A stretch of 64,000 nucleotides of DNA from Calditrichia bacterium. GTDB lineage: Bacteria; Calditrichota; Calditrichia; RBG-13-44-9; J075. The stretch spans positions 32,001 to 96,000 of the forward strand of contig JBOEGD010000005.1 of assembly GCA_050633245.1 (NCBI GenBank), given 5' to 3'. The position numbers and the translations under genes were made by a program. This document shows, piece after piece, positions 59,111 to 64,000 of this stretch (positions are counted from its first letter, which is position 1; each line of letters starts with the position of its first letter). The notes beneath the pieces are model-generated. The model was not told where the DNA came from, made no database searches, and saw only the letters and a list, made by a program, of their open reading frames with translations.

Positions 59111-60196
59111 CTAATTCTGCAGGAGTTTAACTTTGCGGCCGTCGTAAAGCGAGCCGAGTCCGGCTGTTGCAACGAATGCACCATCTTTCAGACCATCTAC
59201 TACCTCAAACCCACCAGGCAATAGTTGTCCAACAGTTACATAAACTTTTTCGGAGCTGTAAATATTATTCTCTTCCGGATTGAGGCGAAAAACAAAATTA
59301 CCTTGCGTATCTTCACCTACCGATTGAAATGGCACTAATAAGCGTGGCGTGTCAGACTTTTCACCAAATGTAAATGCCACTTTAGCCGGCATTCCCGGGC
59401 GAATTGCTTCGGTGGGATTTTGAACGGTGATGATTACCGGATAGGTTGCTGAATTAACTGTGGAAAACCCAACCTCAGAAACAGCGCCTGCAAAAGAAGC
59501 GCCATTCACAGAAGGGAAAGAAATCTGTACCAAATCGCTTTGGCTAATTTGAGTAATGTAGCGCTCCGGCATACCAACGCTGATTTCAATGTCATTCGTA
59601 CCTGAGTTGATAACAATGATTGGATTACCGGCCTGTGCGAACTCATTAATTTTGGCATTTACGGCGGTAATCACACCAGCTGTTGCTGCGACAATCTTTG
59701 AGTATTGAAAATTGGAGGCTTCAAGGTTCAGATTCTTCTTAGCGCTTTGATAGTTTGCACTACTGGCGGCGTAATTGTTCTTTGCCGCTTCGTAATCACT
59801 CAGCGAGGCATTGTTTGCCTGATACAGGCTTTTTGTGCGATCGAGGCTACTTTTGGTCGTTTGTAGCTGGATCTCAGTGCTTTGCAATGCCGCTTTGGCT
59901 TTTTCATAAGATAACCCAATATCCTTTTGATCGAGCTGTGCCAGCACTTGGCCTTTTCGGACGCGATCACCAACTTTGACGTTCACCTTAACGATTTGGC
60001 CTGAGATACGAAAGCTCAGATTGGCCTCAGAGCCCGATTGTGAAGTGCCGTTAAAATTGCGTATTTGCTCGCCACCGCTTAGTAATGCCTCGGCATACTT
60101 AACGGGTTTTACCGCATCTACAATTTGTTTAGAATCGTCTCCTCCACAAGCTAACAGAAATGCCAGGGAGAGTAGAAAAATAGAATTTACTTTCAT
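59111..60196 (-). CDS. RND periplasmic adaptor (MFP) lipoprotein
   Basis: Lipobox LLAC, LSFRISGQI..VNVKVGDRVRKGQVLAQLD, RPGM. Confidence 0.93.
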   Translation of the reverse strand: MKVNSIFLLSLAFLLACGGDDSKQIVDAVKPVKYAEALLSGGEQIRNFNGTSQSGSEANLSFRISGQIVKVNVKVGDRVRKGQVLAQLDQKDIGLSYEKAKAALQSTEIQLQTTKSSLDRTKSLYQANNASLSDYEAAKNNYAASSANYQSAKKNLNLEASNFQYSKIVAATAGVITAVNAKINEFAQAGNPIIVINSGTNDIEISVGMPERYITQISQSDLVQISFPSVNGASFAGAVSEVGFSTVNSATYPVIITVQNPTEAIRPGMPAKVAFTFGEKSDTPRLLVPFQSVGEDTQGNFVFRLNPEENNIYSSEKVYVTVGQLLPGGFEVVDGLKDGAFVATAGLGSLYDGRKVKLLQN

Positions 60197-62565
60197 TGTT
60201 GACCTTCTTCGTTCTTTATAAATGATTCGAAGCGAGTATTAAACGCCGCGTTTTCTTCTTGTGTTGCCAAAAGGCCATATCGACCCAGGCTATTTTCCAA
60301 ACCGATAAATGCTGTCAGGTATTGATAAACAGAATTCGCATAACCCTGTTTAGCTTGTAGAGCTGCTTCTTGTGCGTCAATTAGTTGGATTACCGAAACC
60401 GTTCCGTTGCGATAGTAGTCCTGCACCAGTTCAAAGTTCTTCTGGGAATTCTCCTCGGCAATTTTTGAGAATCTAATATTTGTTTTAGCAGTCAAAAGAT
60501 CAATGGCGCTAGAGGTGACCAACAGCTGCAGGTTTTGATCCAGGCTACCCAATTGGTATTCCAGCTGTCGCTTTTGCAGTGTGCTTTTTTGCACATCAAT
60601 TCGTCTTCTATTGCCCTCAAAAAGAGGAATGGATAGATTGACGCCAACGCTCCAGTTCAGATCCTGAAACTCAACACCGGTTGCCGGTACACTGCCGTTA
60701 CCGGCTCGCCAAAAGTTATTATTGCCGCTACCGCTTAGAGAAAGTGTTGGAAGAAAAAAACGACGTTTGTTCGAGCTGATTTGTCTTTTTGTTGCCTGCA
60801 GGTTTGCGTGAAGCTGTTTTTTGGAAAAGCTGTGCTGTTGCGCTTCTACAACAAAAAAGTTGATGAGTTTGTTGAACCTGTCCGGACTGTTTATATGACT
60901 GTCAATAAAGCTGGAAGACAACGTTTGGTACACCTGTGCATCGATGCCAACTTCTTCAACATCGAATTCAGTGCCAAGCTTGCCATTCAAATAGCTGTTT
61001 AGCTGCGTCTGCGAAAACGCAACCAGTCCGTAGGCTTCAACAACGCTTTGTTGCGCAGTTGCTACTTCGCTTTCCCAACGGTAGATGTCTGCACGATTAC
61101 TTGCACCAAGACTTACACTAAGGCGAGCAAGCTCGAGGTTGGTCTTCGAAACGTCTAAATTCTCTGATTGAATACGCAGGTTGGTTTTGGCCTGGAGAAG
61201 ATTGAAGTAGCCCGTAAAGGTATCGAGAATGATATCCAGCGCTGTTTGTTTTGCCGCTGCCTCATCTGCTTTCTTTAGATAGGCTTGAATGCGGGATCCT
61301 GCGAGTGCTTCTTCAGAAAATAGCAGTTGTTGCAGACTAAGAACTCCGGTTATTGAGCGTTCAGCTTGTCCGGTTAGTGGACTCGTTTGTTCTTCATTAA
61401 CCAATGACATAGACCCACTGGCATCTATTGTTGGTAGAAATTGAGACTTCGCAGTGCGAAGATCTTGCTGTGCCAGCTCAACATCAAGGTCGCTGATCTT
61501 GATGTCCAGATTCTCTTCGAGTGCCCAGCCTATAATATCTTCAAGATTATGGCGCTCGCCCTTTACGATCGGATCATCCCCGATAAACTTGGCGGTGAAC
61601 AATGTTTCGAATGTTGGATCGACGCCAATTTTGTCCATAACCATACGGTTCAGATGCAGTTCTTCGCGAAAGTTTAATGAGACTGGCATATCGGCCAATG
61701 CAACACCAGAAATTGCTTCGTCGGACATGATTGCAGCTTTGCGCAGAATCTGATTCAAATCATTATCGGTGGACATGCATCCCATGATACCGCTATCCAC
61801 GTCGCGTCGATTCATTGTGAAGGATGGAATCTTTTTAGCGTTCAGATAATCAGCAACCTGCTGAATTTCTTCCGGTGTGCGTCCGTACGGAATAACGAGA
61901 TATACGGCATCAGTAGATTCCGATAGTTTAGACATAGATCCTACGATATCATCATCCAACGTAATGCGCTCGATATTTGTACCTAACTGCTTCCCGAGGC
62001 TTTGCATGCGCTGTAGCGCTATGTTGTCATTAAATAGCGGGGCAAACCGGCGGTCTAAGACGAGCGTTACGTTTTTATAGGGTACAATTTGCTGAAAGCG
62101 AGCGAGTTCGCGTTCAATATCCTGTGAAGATAAAATGTAGGAGAAGTTTTTGACGCCGGACGTACCGTTCTCCGTTAAGGGAACGTTTTGCATCTCCGGG
62201 TCAAAGACGCCGAGGCCAATTGTTGGTTTTGGAAAGTCGCCTTGTTCCAGAACGGAATGAATACTGCCGGAGCCGAGCAGAAGGACGAGGTCGCAGCGTT
62301 TAACCAGTGCATTGTAATAGCCTGTCGCCTTTGAGTAATCCCAGTCCATTGTCAAAACGTCGCTGTCTTTTAGCTGCAGGGTCTTTCGACTGCCAATGGT
62401 TTTGCCTATTTCTTCCTTGAACTGCTGAATGAAGACATCAGCGCGTTCATTCTCCGGAAAGTCTGCTACAATGCCAAGGCGGACAGTTTGAGCCATTGAA
62501 ATAGAACTTGTTAGCATGACTAAAAAAATCATGCGCGTCAATGTAGATAGAGTTTGTTGTTTCAT
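60193..62565 (-). CDS. TolC-family outer membrane factor with N-terminal substrate-binding-like domain
   Basis: C-terminal two OEP repeats (ALEENLDI, FLPTI, LSIPLFEG, LIDAQ); N-terminal about 330 aa periplasmic-binding-protein-like. Confidence 0.85.
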   Translation of the reverse strand: MKQQTLSTLTRMIFLVMLTSSISMAQTVRLGIVADFPENERADVFIQQFKEEIGKTIGSRKTLQLKDSDVLTMDWDYSKATGYYNALVKRCDLVLLLGSGSIHSVLEQGDFPKPTIGLGVFDPEMQNVPLTENGTSGVKNFSYILSSQDIERELARFQQIVPYKNVTLVLDRRFAPLFNDNIALQRMQSLGKQLGTNIERITLDDDIVGSMSKLSESTDAVYLVIPYGRTPEEIQQVADYLNAKKIPSFTMNRRDVDSGIMGCMSTDNDLNQILRKAAIMSDEAISGVALADMPVSLNFREELHLNRMVMDKIGVDPTFETLFTAKFIGDDPIVKGERHNLEDIIGWALEENLDIKISDLDVELAQQDLRTAKSQFLPTIDASGSMSLVNEEQTSPLTGQAERSITGVLSLQQLLFSEEALAGSRIQAYLKKADEAAAKQTALDIILDTFTGYFNLLQAKTNLRIQSENLDVSKTNLELARLSVSLGASNRADIYRWESEVATAQQSVVEAYGLVAFSQTQLNSYLNGKLGTEFDVEEVGIDAQVYQTLSSSFIDSHINSPDRFNKLINFFVVEAQQHSFSKKQLHANLQATKRQISSNKRRFFLPTLSLSGSGNNNFWRAGNGSVPATGVEFQDLNWSVGVNLSIPLFEGNRRRIDVQKSTLQKRQLEYQLGSLDQNLQLLVTSSAIDLLTAKTNIRFSKIAEENSQKNFELVQDYYRNGTVSVIQLIDAQEAALQAKQGYANSVYQYLTAFIGLENSLGRYGLLATQEENAAFNTRFESFIKNEEGQQ

Positions 62566-62724
62566 AGTACTCGTCGTGTATTGGTGTGTCTTATTGAAAT
62601 ATTTTGCAATACAAATTAGTTGTGGAGCAGATTCTTTGAATAGATGGATATTTGTAAAACATATTGAGAATTGAGTTCGGGGTCAAGGAAAGTATGGAAA
62701 TATCAAGAATTTCAGTAGACCGCG

Positions 62725-62762
62725 ATATAGTAGAACCGCAATGCATTGCGGTTCTACTATAT
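62725..62762. repeat. 38-bp perfect palindrome, GTAG-type REP-like, just after the icd stop
   Basis: ATATAGTAGAACCGCAATG|CATTGCGGTTCTACTATAT. Confidence 0.8.
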
Positions 62763-62765
62763 TAT

Positions 62766-64000
<1,235 letters not shown>

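Overview
About 45% GC bacterial chromosome segment. Three secreted proteins end in a QNYPNPFNPSTT-type C-terminal sorting domain, which suggests an FCB-group lineage such as Calditrichota, KSB1 or Ignavibacteria (inference). Left to right: (1) a minus-strand signalling cluster of exported TPR-CHAT protease, FecR/DUF928-like protein, CHASE2-Ser/Thr kinase and GAF-sigma54 activator, followed by a small receiver-like gene with its own sigma54-like promoter; (2) an ATP-grasp ligase and an MFS transporter; (3) a compositionally mosaic island at about 11.6-18.4 kb. It carries a bacterial ubiquitination-like (Bub-type) operon (Ubl-E2 fusion plus JAMM-E1 fusion) transcribed divergently from an ECF sigma / small protein / ImmA-IrrE metallopeptidase trio, with two mirror-image 19-bp boxes between them. 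This is the best candidate for an undescribed system; (4) egtB, a sulfotransferase, secreted proteases and lipoproteins, an alpha-hydroxy acid oxidase, OmpA, a HerA-like ATPase, a sigma54-preceded operon ending in a peptidoglycan CHAP hydrolase, a lactonase, an orphan DNA methyltransferase, a PP2C phosphatase and a CAT homologue; (5) a long co-oriented run of small accessory genes (39.5-56 kb) punctuated by a dispersed 29-bp repeat that occurs as doublets about 100 bp apart; (6) an RND efflux trio and a partial monomeric isocitrate dehydrogenase. No rRNA, tRNA, CRISPR array, integrase or intact transposase was recognised. All family calls come from motif reading only; no database search was run.
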